A program made the translations under genes and the position numbers. 64,000 nucleotides of DNA from a virus: positions 1 to 64,000 of the IMG/VR virus record IMGVR_UViG_3300044818_000015; one strand, 5' to 3'. The notes under the pieces were generated by a model, which was given only the letters and a program-made list of their open reading frames with translations, had not been told where the DNA came from and did not search any database. Below, one piece after another: positions 26,887 to 36,300 of this stretch (position 1 is its first letter; every line of letters starts with the position of its first letter).

Positions 26887-27527
26887 TTGCGCTCCAGATA
26901 CACGCCGCCTCCCAGCCTCGCGCCAGGCACAGCAATATCCGCCTTCAGATCCGCCTTGACCATCGACGTAGAGACTTCCACCTTGGCCGACCGCACCTCA
27001 CCGAGCACCTGTTCGCGAAGGTCGAGATCGAGCGAGTCGCAGACCAGTTCCCATGTCTCCGCCGGCAGCGTCACGGTGACGCGCTTGTATTTCGTGGGCA
27101 CGGCCTGCTCATCGACCACCTCGGCCCGCTTGTCGCAGCCTCGGGCATTGAAGGTGACGGTGGTGCCCTCCAGGCGCCGGCGTTTGCCCTTGGCGTCCAG
27201 TCCCAGGCTGTCGATGGTGCGCAGGACGTAGCGCTCGACAAAGGCGAAGGCGCGGGTGTAGCGCGCCTCCCTGGCCTCCTGCCGCTTGCGCTCATCGTGG
27301 GCACAGGCGATCATCGATTCGCACTGAGCCATCCAGGCGCTCACGCGATCGCGCTTGGCGACGGCCGCGAGGAGCGCGGCCTGCAGTTCCATGCCGTACT
27401 CGGCCTCCAGCTCGGCAGGGACCGTTTCCTTACTGTCGAGGAGTGTCTGAAGGTGCTGCTCAATATCGAGCATGCCGCGTGGTGCAGCCAGCGCGGATAC
27501 TTCGGGGGCTTGGGCAAGAGCTAGCAT
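26883..27527 (-). CDS. Siphovirus Gp157-family protein
   Basis: Coiled coil, DEQAVPTKY...KADLKADIAVPGARL. Confidence 0.8.
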   Translation of the reverse strand: MLALAQAPEVSALAAPRGMLDIEQHLQTLLDSKETVPAELEAEYGMELQAALLAAVAKRDRVSAWMAQCESMIACAHDERKRQEAREARYTRAFAFVERYVLRTIDSLGLDAKGKRRRLEGTTVTFNARGCDKRAEVVDEQAVPTKYKRVTVTLPAETWELVCDSLDLDLREQVLGEVRSAKVEVSTSMVKADLKADIAVPGARLGGGVYLERK

Positions 27528-28654
27528 TACGCCACCGCCTTGCGGACGATTGCATCGAGGCGCCAGTAGCATTCCCGCGCCTTCCCGTAGGCGTTGGGCG
27601 CCTTATTATCGATCGCGTTGCGCAGGTCTTGAAAGGAGCGCCAGCCGAACCGGTCCAGCTCGTCGCGCCAAGCCGTTTCGCCAGCCTTCTCGCGCATGAC
27701 TTTGAAATGCTCGGCTAGCTCCTTCATGTTCTTCCAGGGGGCGTTGCGGTCGAGGTTGCCGCTGGCAATCTTCTGCTCTGCGACGTACTGCGCCGCGGCG
27801 CGCGTGTTCGGCGGGTTGCCGCCGATATCGATGTCCTCGGCCACGGAGAAGTCCTCCACGTCCTGCGTGAAAAACTCGCTCGCGCTGGTGGCGTTCACCG
27901 TTCCTGAGATCTTCGCTCGCTTATAGGCAATTTTGAGAATGGTATTCACCACGTCGGCGACGTCGGGATTCAGCTTGCGTCCAGTCTCCTGGCTTTCGAT
28001 GGATTGGTCGCCATCATTGAATACCGTGCCGCAGCCGTCCGTCTTGCGCCAGCAATACCAGCCGCCGTCCCGGCTCTTACGGATGTTCGCCTTGCCGCAG
28101 CTCGGGCAGGTCCGCTCCGCCTTGCGCCAGCGGTACTTGCTCTCCCACGAGCTGCAGGAGCCCACGCCCTCGCCGATCAGGAAGTCGCCGCGGTATACCA
28201 ATGTGCGGATCTGGTAATAGAAGAACATCTCCCCGCCGTGGTGCTCTCCGCTCCAGTCCTCCACCTTCTCGAGGAACTCGTACTTGAGTGTGAGCCCGAA
28301 CAGGTTGCACAGCTTGTCCGCGCCCGGCTGGAGGAGCGCCGGTTTGGTGGTGCCGGGAATCTTGCCGTAGTCCACGTCCTCCGTCATGAGGCGCTTCATC
28401 GCCTGGACGATCACCTCGCGCCGCTGCACGGCTTGCTCGATGTCCATCACCGGCATGAACCGCGCCAGTTCGTTGCTACCATGCTGGGTAGCAGGGAGTG
28501 TGACCACCTCTGCCTGTTTTGCCAATTCCAGCGCGGGTGCTTCTACACCCGCGTTGGTCCTGCCGTTTAAACATTCCATCGTCCCTCTCCTTTTGAATTC
28601 GTCCTCGCCCTTCATTCGGTCTGCGTATGCGCGCTGGGCCTCCAGGGTGTTCAT
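27527..28654 (-). CDS. putative phage recombination/single-strand annealing protein with Zn ribbon
   Basis: DVDYGKIPGTTKPALLQPGADKLC, GEGVGSCSSWE, NTILKIAYKRA, FFTQDVED; adjacent to Gp157. Confidence 0.6.
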   Translation of the reverse strand: MNTLEAQRAYADRMKGEDEFKRRGTMECLNGRTNAGVEAPALELAKQAEVVTLPATQHGSNELARFMPVMDIEQAVQRREVIVQAMKRLMTEDVDYGKIPGTTKPALLQPGADKLCNLFGLTLKYEFLEKVEDWSGEHHGGEMFFYYQIRTLVYRGDFLIGEGVGSCSSWESKYRWRKAERTCPSCGKANIRKSRDGGWYCWRKTDGCGTVFNDGDQSIESQETGRKLNPDVADVVNTILKIAYKRAKISGTVNATSASEFFTQDVEDFSVAEDIDIGGNPPNTRAAAQYVAEQKIASGNLDRNAPWKNMKELAEHFKVMREKAGETAWRDELDRFGWRSFQDLRNAIDNKAPNAYGKARECYWRLDAIVRKAVA

Positions 28655-29025
28655 GCCGCCATCGCCTCCGTTGCCAGGGCGAGCGCAGCGCCCTCGAATT
28701 CGCGCAGCGCGCTGTCCCGGTGCTTGAGATAGGACTCGATCAGCGCGGGGATGATCGGATCCAGCTTCTCGGCGATCGCCAGGAATACCTTGGGGTTCTT
28801 GCGCGGCAACTGGGCGCAGAGCACGCGCACGCTCTTATCGCCGAAGAGCATGAAGGATTCGCTCGTGCCGTAGGTGTCGTGCTTTATCGTCACGGTGCTG
28901 ATGCGGAGGTAGATTCCCCGAATCCGCGCGTCTTTGTCGTAGGACAGGGCAAGTTTGGCAACTTCCCCTTCCGGAGCGCTGAGATAGCGGTAGTCTCCGT
29001 CGTGTCTGAGCGTTAGGTGTGTCAT
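28651..29025 (-). CDS. hypothetical protein
   Basis: GGAG RBS, coupled to the next gene. Confidence 0.65.
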   Translation of the reverse strand: MTHLTLRHDGDYRYLSAPEGEVAKLALSYDKDARIRGIYLRISTVTIKHDTYGTSESFMLFGDKSVRVLCAQLPRKNPKVFLAIAEKLDPIIPALIESYLKHRDSALREFEGAALALATEAMAA

Positions 29026-29054
29026 CGTCGTTTTGGCTCCCTTTTCTGCGCGGG

Positions 29055-29447
29055 TTAGGCCGCGCCCATGTCTTCGTACTGCTGTACTGCCGTCACCGCC
29101 CGCAGTCGCGCGTTCCAGCGGCTCCGGTCGTTGTGGTACTCGCAGGTAAACGGGTTGAACATATCGACGTCCGTCTGCGTGCAGGTGCATTCCGGCTCTT
29201 CGCTCTCGACCGCTGCAATGGCGCAAGCGAGACATGAGGGCCAGCCGTCGACGGCCGCCCGGTGCTCGTTGCAGAAAAGCGCGTTGCAGCCTTCGCATAC
29301 AAATGACAGGTGATCGCACCCGCCCTTGCAGAGCCGGACTGCGCAGCCTGGGTGTCCGCAGCGCACGGCCTCGAGCTCCGGTACTCCGTCTTCGTCCCGC
29401 TCTACGTGATCGAAGGTCGTTGAACAATTACTGCAAGTGGCTGTCAT
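29055..29447 (-). CDS. Cys-rich Zn-finger protein
   Basis: Multiple CxxC; AAGGAG RBS. Confidence 0.7.
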   Translation of the reverse strand: MTATCSNCSTTFDHVERDEDGVPELEAVRCGHPGCAVRLCKGGCDHLSFVCEGCNALFCNEHRAAVDGWPSCLACAIAAVESEEPECTCTQTDVDMFNPFTCEYHNDRSRWNARLRAVTAVQQYEDMGAA

Positions 29448-29761
29448 GCGGATCTCCTTTGTCTTTCGTTCCAGAGGCGGTTGTAGTGGTTGATCAGCGC
29501 CGGGATGTTCAATCCGTGGCGTTCCGCGAATGCCTGGGGATCGTCGTCGAATTCGTCGTGTTCTTTTCTGGTCAGTGGGATTGTGGAGAAGTCAGAGGAC
29601 TTCTGTCCCGTCCCGTGCGGTCCCGTGTGGCAGGCATCGCAGCCGCCATATCCCGAGACGACGGATGCCTGTGTACGGATGAAGGCCAAGTACTTCTTGT
29701 CGCGTGCCGGCTTTACCCCTTTGTAGATCGGGTTGGTTGCGACTTGGAAGGCTTGGTACAT
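29444..29761 (-). CDS. DUF968/Ref-like HNH-fold protein
   Basis: RDKKYLAFIRTQ...ACH....G.GQKSSD..TIPL....H. Confidence 0.7.
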   Translation of the reverse strand: MYQAFQVATNPIYKGVKPARDKKYLAFIRTQASVVSGYGGCDACHTGPHGTGQKSSDFSTIPLTRKEHDEFDDDPQAFAERHGLNIPALINHYNRLWNERQRRSA

Positions 29762-29768
29762 TTGGACT

Positions 29769-29853
29769 ATGCTTGCCTGTAAGTATTATGCTTGCTGGCA
29801 GGCATCACGTCAAGTACTATCTTTCTAGCAAGCATGTGCTTGCCGGAAGGTAT
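29769..29853. promoter_or_regulatory. divergent switch: four 18-bp operators overlapping a leftward sigma70 promoter
   Basis: Consensus ATGCTTGC-NN-GCAAGCAT at 29769, 29788, 29818, 29836; minus-strand TTGACG(29813-29808)-17 bp-CATAAT(29790-29785). Confidence 0.8.
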
Positions 29854-29867
29854 ATGATGGATGCCTG

Positions 29868-30029
29868 ATGGCACAGGAACAAGAAGGGAAGCCTTTGACC
29901 GTTAAGGAAATGGCCGCGATGGGGGGGAAGGCTCGCGCCAAGGGCCTGACGAAGAAGCGCCGAAAGGAAATAGCCTCCGACGCGGCAAAGAAGCGCTGGG
30001 CATCGACGAAGGCGGACGGGCCCAAGTAA
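29868..30029 (+). CDS. small basic protein (GGKARA...RKEIA..AA..RW family), candidate repressor
   Basis: Hand translation MAQEQEGKPLTVKEMAAMGGKARAKGLTKKRRKEIASDAAKKRWASTKADGPK; absent from the ORF track. Confidence 0.75.
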   Translation: MAQEQEGKPLTVKEMAAMGGKARAKGLTKKRRKEIASDAAKKRWASTKADGPK

Positions 30030-30105
30030 AGTCCTGCTGATCGGGTCTCCTACCGGACTGGCACTATCCCGAAACGCACGAACAGCCTACTGGAGGTTCC
30101 TCACC

Positions 30106-30936
30106 ATGGTTAACAACCGAACACTCGCATTGACGCTGCTCACGACTATGGCGGTCTCGACCGCGTATAGCCAAGCTGTCAACGCCCAAGCCATCAACGC
30201 GGCCAGCGGAGCTGCAATCGTGGCTCCTGGATCGCTCATTTCCGTATTTGGGAAATTTGATGCTCCCACAGGAAAGGCCACGACGCTGCCGTTGCCGACG
30301 ACAACAATACCAGGGGGATTCTCCTTCATGATGGCCGGTGGTGCAGGCATACTCGCTCGATCCGTTTCGTTGCTCTATTGGAGCCCTTCCCAGATCAACG
30401 CGCTCCTGCCGGCTTCGGCCACGTCTCAAAGCCAGTTTCTGGAATATATCTATGGCCAACCACTGTCCGGCAGGGTTTTGCTTAGTGTTGCGGCGCAAGC
30501 GCCCGGCATCTTCACCAACCCGGTTTCCGATTGCAGCCTCGCGGCGGACGGCTGTTGGCAGCGGATCTTAAGGGGGATCATCACGGACGGCTACTACTTT
30601 CCGATCAACAGTCTCAATGCCGCTCGTCCGGGCCAATCTCTTGTGATTTGGGTCACTGGATTGGGAAGCAACGTCGTCTCGCTGCCGTTAAGCGAATACC
30701 CCGTTGTCGCGCTTCTGCCAAGCGGCGCCGCGGTAACGGTCAAGGTGTTCTATGCCGGGCCGACAACGTTCGCGGGATTGGATCAGGTCAACATCACTCT
30801 ACCCGGCGGCAAGGCGCTCTCTCCGGGATGCGTAGTTGGCGCACATGTCGAGATTCCCTTATCAATGAAGTCCGTTGTCACGGGCATCCAGTCCAACACG
30901 GTTTTACTGCCGGTCGTCACCGATTCCTGTAACTAA
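30106..30936 (+). CDS. secreted TIGR03437-like (Solibacter C-terminal domain) protein
   Basis: Signal peptide; NAAS..VAPGSLISVFG, YWSPSQINALLP, APGIFT, ARPGQSLVIWVTGLG, YAGPT..GLDQVN. Confidence 0.85.
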   Translation: MVNNRTLALTLLTTMAVSTAYSQAVNAQAINAASGAAIVAPGSLISVFGKFDAPTGKATTLPLPTTTIPGGFSFMMAGGAGILARSVSLLYWSPSQINALLPASATSQSQFLEYIYGQPLSGRVLLSVAAQAPGIFTNPVSDCSLAADGCWQRILRGIITDGYYFPINSLNAARPGQSLVIWVTGLGSNVVSLPLSEYPVVALLPSGAAVTVKVFYAGPTTFAGLDQVNITLPGGKALSPGCVVGAHVEIPLSMKSVVTGIQSNTVLLPVVTDSCN

Positions 30937-31079
30937 GGGACGCGCAATGAGCCGGCCGCCCATGATGAAGCCGGGTGGGCGCTTCGAGTTAACCCAAAAC
31001 GCAGCCCAAGGCGTTTCTTCGGGCACGTATTGAGAAGCTACGATGGCAGGAGTATCACGCCGGACGGAGGATTCTCTAA

Positions 31080-31391
31080 ATGAGCGATCAAGACAAATTC
31101 GAAGCACAAGGGCGCGCCCACGCTGCGCTGAGAGCGGCCAGGTCCAACGTAGCGACACTGACGGTCGCCCTTCGCGAGTTTTCCCAAGGGCTCAGGGAGC
31201 TGAGCCAGGAGATTGAAATACTCGTTGCCGACCCCGCGCGCCACGAGTCTGGGGCGATCAAACCGCAAGCCGAGAATCTTGGTGACCACCTGCGGCGGCT
31301 CGACGTTGGCAGCGCCGCTTTTCAACTCGCTGAGATTTGCCGGGAAGCCACGAAGGCCCGTCTACTTGAAGCGGAGATTGCGAAGTTTTGA
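31080..31391 (+). CDS. hypothetical coiled-coil protein
   Basis: GGAGG RBS. Confidence 0.7.
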   Translation: MSDQDKFEAQGRAHAALRAARSNVATLTVALREFSQGLRELSQEIEILVADPARHESGAIKPQAENLGDHLRRLDVGSAAFQLAEICREATKARLLEAEIAKF

Positions 31392-31658
31392 CTAGGCGAC
31401 CGTGATTCGTGCAAAGGGGCCGACCGCCGAGCCAGTTAAGGAAGTTGGGCCAGCGTAGCGAAGGGGATTACGGCGCGAACCGGCGAAGGAATCGAGCCCT
31501 CAATCCGGGATCTTCCTTGTCGGGATTGTCGATCATGTCTTGAACGAAGCGGGGGAGGGGATTGTAAATGAGAGCCGGTCGTGCAGAAGTGGCGGACATT
31601 TTTCGCAAGTGGCTCGCCGAACGTACGTTCTTGCGTTGTGACTTCACCTTCCATAAAA

Positions 31659-31862
31659 CTAACAAATAGGATGCGTCCACGCCCAAACATTCAAAAGGAC
31701 GCCGTCAGACCTGCCCCCAATTTGCCGTTCCACGTCGGCCCGAGACGTGCCGACCGCTACTATCTTGCCATCGTCTGAGACGTAAACCCACGACTTCGGG
31801 GGAAGCCCGGATAGGTCAACTTCGAAAGGTGCCGTTGCTCGTCCATCATCGATATGTTGCAT
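31659..31862 (-). CDS. DUF5678-like small protein
   Basis: KSWVYVSDDGKIVAVGTSRADV. Confidence 0.5.
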   Translation of the reverse strand: MQHIDDGRATAPFEVDLSGLPPKSWVYVSDDGKIVAVGTSRADVERQIGGRSDGVLLNVWAWTHPIC

Positions 31863-32381
31863 AACTTCCCCTATTCTAAAGTGCCGGTAGACCACGGCAA
31901 TGCATTCCCAGAGGTCCATATCGCGATGCGCCCAGTCTTACGGGTAACGCTGCGAAGCCCAACCGGCGAGGCACCGTTTACGGCAATTGTAGATTCCGGT
32001 GCCGACTATTGCCTGTTCCCCCTGCACCTGAGGGCCAAGCTCGGGCTGCGCATGGAAGATGCCAGGAGCGTGTCGGGGATAGCGGGCTATGGATCCAGCT
32101 ACGATAATGGCCAGGATGTCTTATTCTGGCCATTGGTGCTGGACATCGCTCCAGGGCTCTCGATCAGCACGGTAGTTGGTTTTGCCGAGCGGCAGGACGA
32201 AGTAGGCTTTGGCCTTTTAGGTCAACTCGGCTTCTTCAGCAAGGTGGCGCAGGTTTATTTCGACCATAGGGCTGGATGGTTTGCGATCAAGCCTTTAGAT
32301 CCGGCGGAGTCTTTCGCTATGCCACCTGGGACCAGGCCGAGAAGGGACACGCTGCGGTTGTGGCGAGTGCGCACAAGTTAG
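31854..32381 (+). CDS. retropepsin-like aspartyl protease
   Basis: RP...V.L, AIVDSGADYCLFP, GLLGQLGFF. Confidence 0.85.
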   Translation: MLHNFPYSKVPVDHGNAFPEVHIAMRPVLRVTLRSPTGEAPFTAIVDSGADYCLFPLHLRAKLGLRMEDARSVSGIAGYGSSYDNGQDVLFWPLVLDIAPGLSISTVVGFAERQDEVGFGLLGQLGFFSKVAQVYFDHRAGWFAIKPLDPAESFAMPPGTRPRRDTLRLWRVRTS

Positions 32382-32697
32382 CCAAGGGGTGACGGCCTGC
32401 TTAAAAAGAAGCGGCTAAAAGAAGCGGCTAAGGGCGAAGAGTAATTTGACGATCAGTGCACAGTGGAGAGGAAAGATCGAGGACACCCTGCTCATCTTGT
32501 GCTGTTGCTTCTTCTATGTCGTAGCTTTCGTATCGTTCTGGGTTTTGGCGGAATGGTTGGGCGGCAAGGAGACTCTAGTGCAGGTCGTCAGCAATTTGAT
32601 GAAGCGGGTCTTCTAGCTTATAAGGGGTGACGGGCCTGTTACTTCGGGCACGTCTTGAGGAGGATGGGATGGCAGAGAATACGCCGGGCGAGGGACC

Positions 32698-33048
32698 ATG
32701 AAGAAGAAAACCGAAGTCGCCGTCATCGTCGCCGAGGAAGTCCCGCCGCCGCCGTCCGAGCTGAAGGACTGGGCACTTGTGGAATTATTCGGGCATCAGA
32801 AGATCGTCGGCTATCTCTCGCAGCAAGCGTTCGGTACCGGCGTGTTGTTCCGCGTGGACGTGCCGGACTTGCTGAAGGATTCGAAGGTAGTGCGGAAGGG
32901 TTTCACGCGCTACTTTGGACTCTCCGCGATTTACTCCATCACGCCAGTCGACGAGGCCACGGTTCGCGCGTTGCTGCCGTCTATTGATGGGACACCGGCG
33001 GCGCGCCCGCTATCACTCCGAAGCTACGACCGCGACGATTATGGTTAA
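32698..33048 (+). CDS. conserved phage hypothetical protein
   Basis: WALVELFGHQKIVG...FRVDVP...TRYFGLSAIYSITP. Confidence 0.8.
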   Translation: MKKKTEVAVIVAEEVPPPPSELKDWALVELFGHQKIVGYLSQQAFGTGVLFRVDVPDLLKDSKVVRKGFTRYFGLSAIYSITPVDEATVRALLPSIDGTPAARPLSLRSYDRDDYG

Positions 33049-33366
33049 ACTGCGTCCGGCGAGCGCTTCCGCAATAGCTGAGAATGGGTATGGCCGCCTA
33101 GTCCTGGCCTCGCGAACCTGGATGAACGTAGGAGTCCTTGACCTGCTGGCGGCCAGCTTGAGTCAAACCCGATAGCGCCTAAAACGCCTTGTGTAAAGAG
33201 ATTCGTGGTTTGCTTTACACAATGGGCCTGCGTCCGGCGAGCGCTATCGTTGGGGCATCTCAAAACGCGCCCGAAGAAGAAAAAGCCTGATTTGTCTCTT
33301 TTTGGGTGCGCTGGGAAGGCCCAGGTTGAATTGCTGGAGGGATAGGAGGGGTAAGAGTGCGGGAGT

Positions 33367-36300
33367 TTATTGCCCTGAAAGCCGATTCATCTGCTCGATA
33401 ACTTCCTGTTGCTGATTCAGCGGGAGCTTCGGCCAGGCGGTCCTGATCTTCTTGTTAAGAATGGGAGTGAACAGGATACGTTCCTCGGGCGTGGTAATGT
33501 CCATGATGTCGAGCGCCGACATCATGTCGAGGGACTCGAAGCCCGCGACATTCTTCGGCACCTTGGCGCGCTTGAGGGCTAGCTTCACGTCATTTGGCGA
33601 GATCACGCCCGCGGCAATCTGCTTGCCGATCAGCTCGTTGGCTTCGTCGATCTTGTCGTCGCGCACCAGGCTGGTGATCTGGTTCTTCACCTTCACGCGG
33701 TCGGCATTGGCCGCGCTCGATCGCTGCCGCGCCAGGAACTCCGCATGGTTGAGGGCGTCCCCAGGCCGGCTGAATAACTGCGGCGTTGCCAGATCCACAG
33801 CCATACGCAGCCAGTGATTCGCGGGGTCGTCGCCGTGCGGCATCAGGCCCTTGGTCAGCCCGGTCGCTTCGCCGACGTTCTCGAGGAAGCCGTTCATGGT
33901 GACAAGTGGCGCCAGGGCATGCGCCTTCGCCCAGCCAGCCATTCCCGGCTTCTGCGTTTCTACCGCTTTCATAAGTTGCGGGTTAAACTTGCCGCGATCG
34001 TCGCGCCAGCCGGTGACGTATGGCTCGGTTCCGCTGAGGCCCACCCAGGCCGCACTGAACGGAGGGCCGAGGAGCGGATGCGCCGCAGCGTTAAAGGCGC
34101 CGGCGACGGCCGCGTCCATCAACTGGTCCGTGCTGCCGCCGGCCTTGTAGGCGTCGAAGGCTCCGGAGATGCCGAGAGCGCGCGCGCCGCGCTTCACGAG
34201 CGGCGAGAAGAAGCCGATATCGATGTAGGCGTCTCCATTCGACGGCGGGCCCCACAACTGTTGGGCCAGCCAGGTGGCACGCTGCTTATCGGTCAGACGC
34301 ACGGCCAGGAGCTTCGAGTGCGGATCTTTCCATGGCGGGTCCCCGCGCATCGCTTCGTGCATGGCGATCCACAGGGCGATCAGTCCCACCGCTCCGCCGG
34401 TTATTGCCTGCAGGGCACGCAGGCCTGCGCCGCCCTTGGGCATCGGTCCGCGGCCGGTCCAGGCGTTGACGCCATTCCGCGCCATGGTCGAGCCCGCGGT
34501 GTAGAACGGGCTCCAGCCGCTTTCCTTCGCAGCGCGCTCGATGCTGCCCTGCAGGGCGCGGGTGTAGTTGCCGAGTTGGTTGACCACCAGATACAGGTCT
34601 TTCGTCGTCGCTTGCGGGTACAGTGCTTTAGCGGCGCGATACATCACCAGCCGCGCACGAATGTCGATCCCCTTGGGACCATACAGGAACGGGCCGAAGC
34701 CGAGGCTCGCCTCAACATCCCGCTTCGCTGGTCCCGGCTGCCGTAGAACCATCGCGGCAAAGTCTTCCGCCGTCTCACGCAAAGCCCGCTTAATTTCGCC
34801 GCCGAGGGTTGGCTCGACGTCCGCACCCATTTGCGCGGCGTATTCCCGGCTCTTCTTGAACCAAGACGAGGCCATCGAGCCATATTTCTCTGGCACCACC
34901 CCGAGCTTCGCCATGTCGATGATGTCCTGGACGCTCTCCTCGGTGGTCGGATTGGTGTTGATCAAATGGAAGATGGCCGCCGCCCGCTTGGTGAATGGGT
35001 TGCCGCCTGCGATCTTGCCGGCGAGACTCGTCCCAAGGAACGGGGTATTCGCCACCAGGGTGCCGATAAGGTTCGCCGAGTGGATCACCGCATCGAGCGG
35101 TCCGGCCAGCGTGAACTGAGTGATCTTGCCGATGAGACTCGCGGGGTCCGACAAGTTGAGGTTGTTCTTGTCGAGAATCGGCCGCAGCTCCTCTTCGAGC
35201 CACGCCGCGGTAACCATGTGCTGCGCCGGCACAAATACGGATCCCTGTCCTGGCGTCACAATCTGGCGGTCCGGCTTAACCTCGACCTTCACGGCCTTGT
35301 AATCTTTGCTGCGGATCGCGATCGAGTCCGGCAGGGATTCGCCGCGGCCCAACTTCCGGCCGAGCTTGTTGTCTTCGAGCGCCTGGATCAGCGCCCCCTT
35401 ATTGTTGGCGCGGAACGCCTGGCGCAGCCGGTCGGCCAGTGCCTCCATGCCGGCGTCGTAGAATTCTCCATGGCCGGTGGCGAAATAGTTGGCGATGTTG
35501 GGAGGCTTGCGATACGGGACCGCGCGCCCCCAGCGGCCCTTGGCGTTCGGTTGCTCTTCATCCAGGCGGACCAGCGGGTAATAGGTGTCAAGCGGCCCAA
35601 GGGCGTTTGAAAGCACGCCTTCGTTCTCTTCGTGATTCTCCCGTACCGCATCCTCCACCAGCGTTTTGTAGACCTTCAGGCCGCCGGCGAATCCAGCGTG
35701 TTGGGTGATGTCCTGGTACTCGGTCTCGGGCATCATCCGCGCCACGCGCGCCGCCGCCCGCTCGAAGGTGTCCACCAGAAACGCACGCAGGCCGTCCATG
35801 TCGCCGCGCTCGAGGAGCGCCGCGGCCGTCAGCGCCGGGCTCTGGATCGGCACGCCGATACTCTCCTCATGAATCGCCTGGAGGGCGTGCATGACGCTTG
35901 CGAGGAATGCCGGCAGGTCATCGTTGGTCGATTGCGCCGCGCCTTCGGCCATGTTGTCCCAGCGTCCGCGCAGGCCGCGCAGCCGCGATTCGATCAGCGA
36001 TCGCCGGAAATTGAGCCAGCTCGGCCCGTTCTTCCCTAGTGCCGCTTCGACTCGTGGCGCCGCAGCCCGCATGAGCGCCACAGTTTGCGCGCGCGACGTC
36101 GCGGTCTGTACCGCTGCCGCGTGGGCGGGATGGCTTACCTTTTCAAGCTGGGAGAGGTTGCGGACGAGCTTGTTTTTGAGCGCGCCGGTCTTCGACTGGT
36201 AGCTGGCTGGTTCGTTTAGGGCTTTGCGGCGCCGGGCAAAGGCCGGTCCGTCTTGTAGAAGAAGTGCGGCTTGTCCTCGGGATCCTCCGGCGGCATGATT

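Noticed and set aside
32403-32432. Short tandem duplication AAAAGAAGCGGCT
   Set aside because: Only two copies, likely slippage; no functional context.
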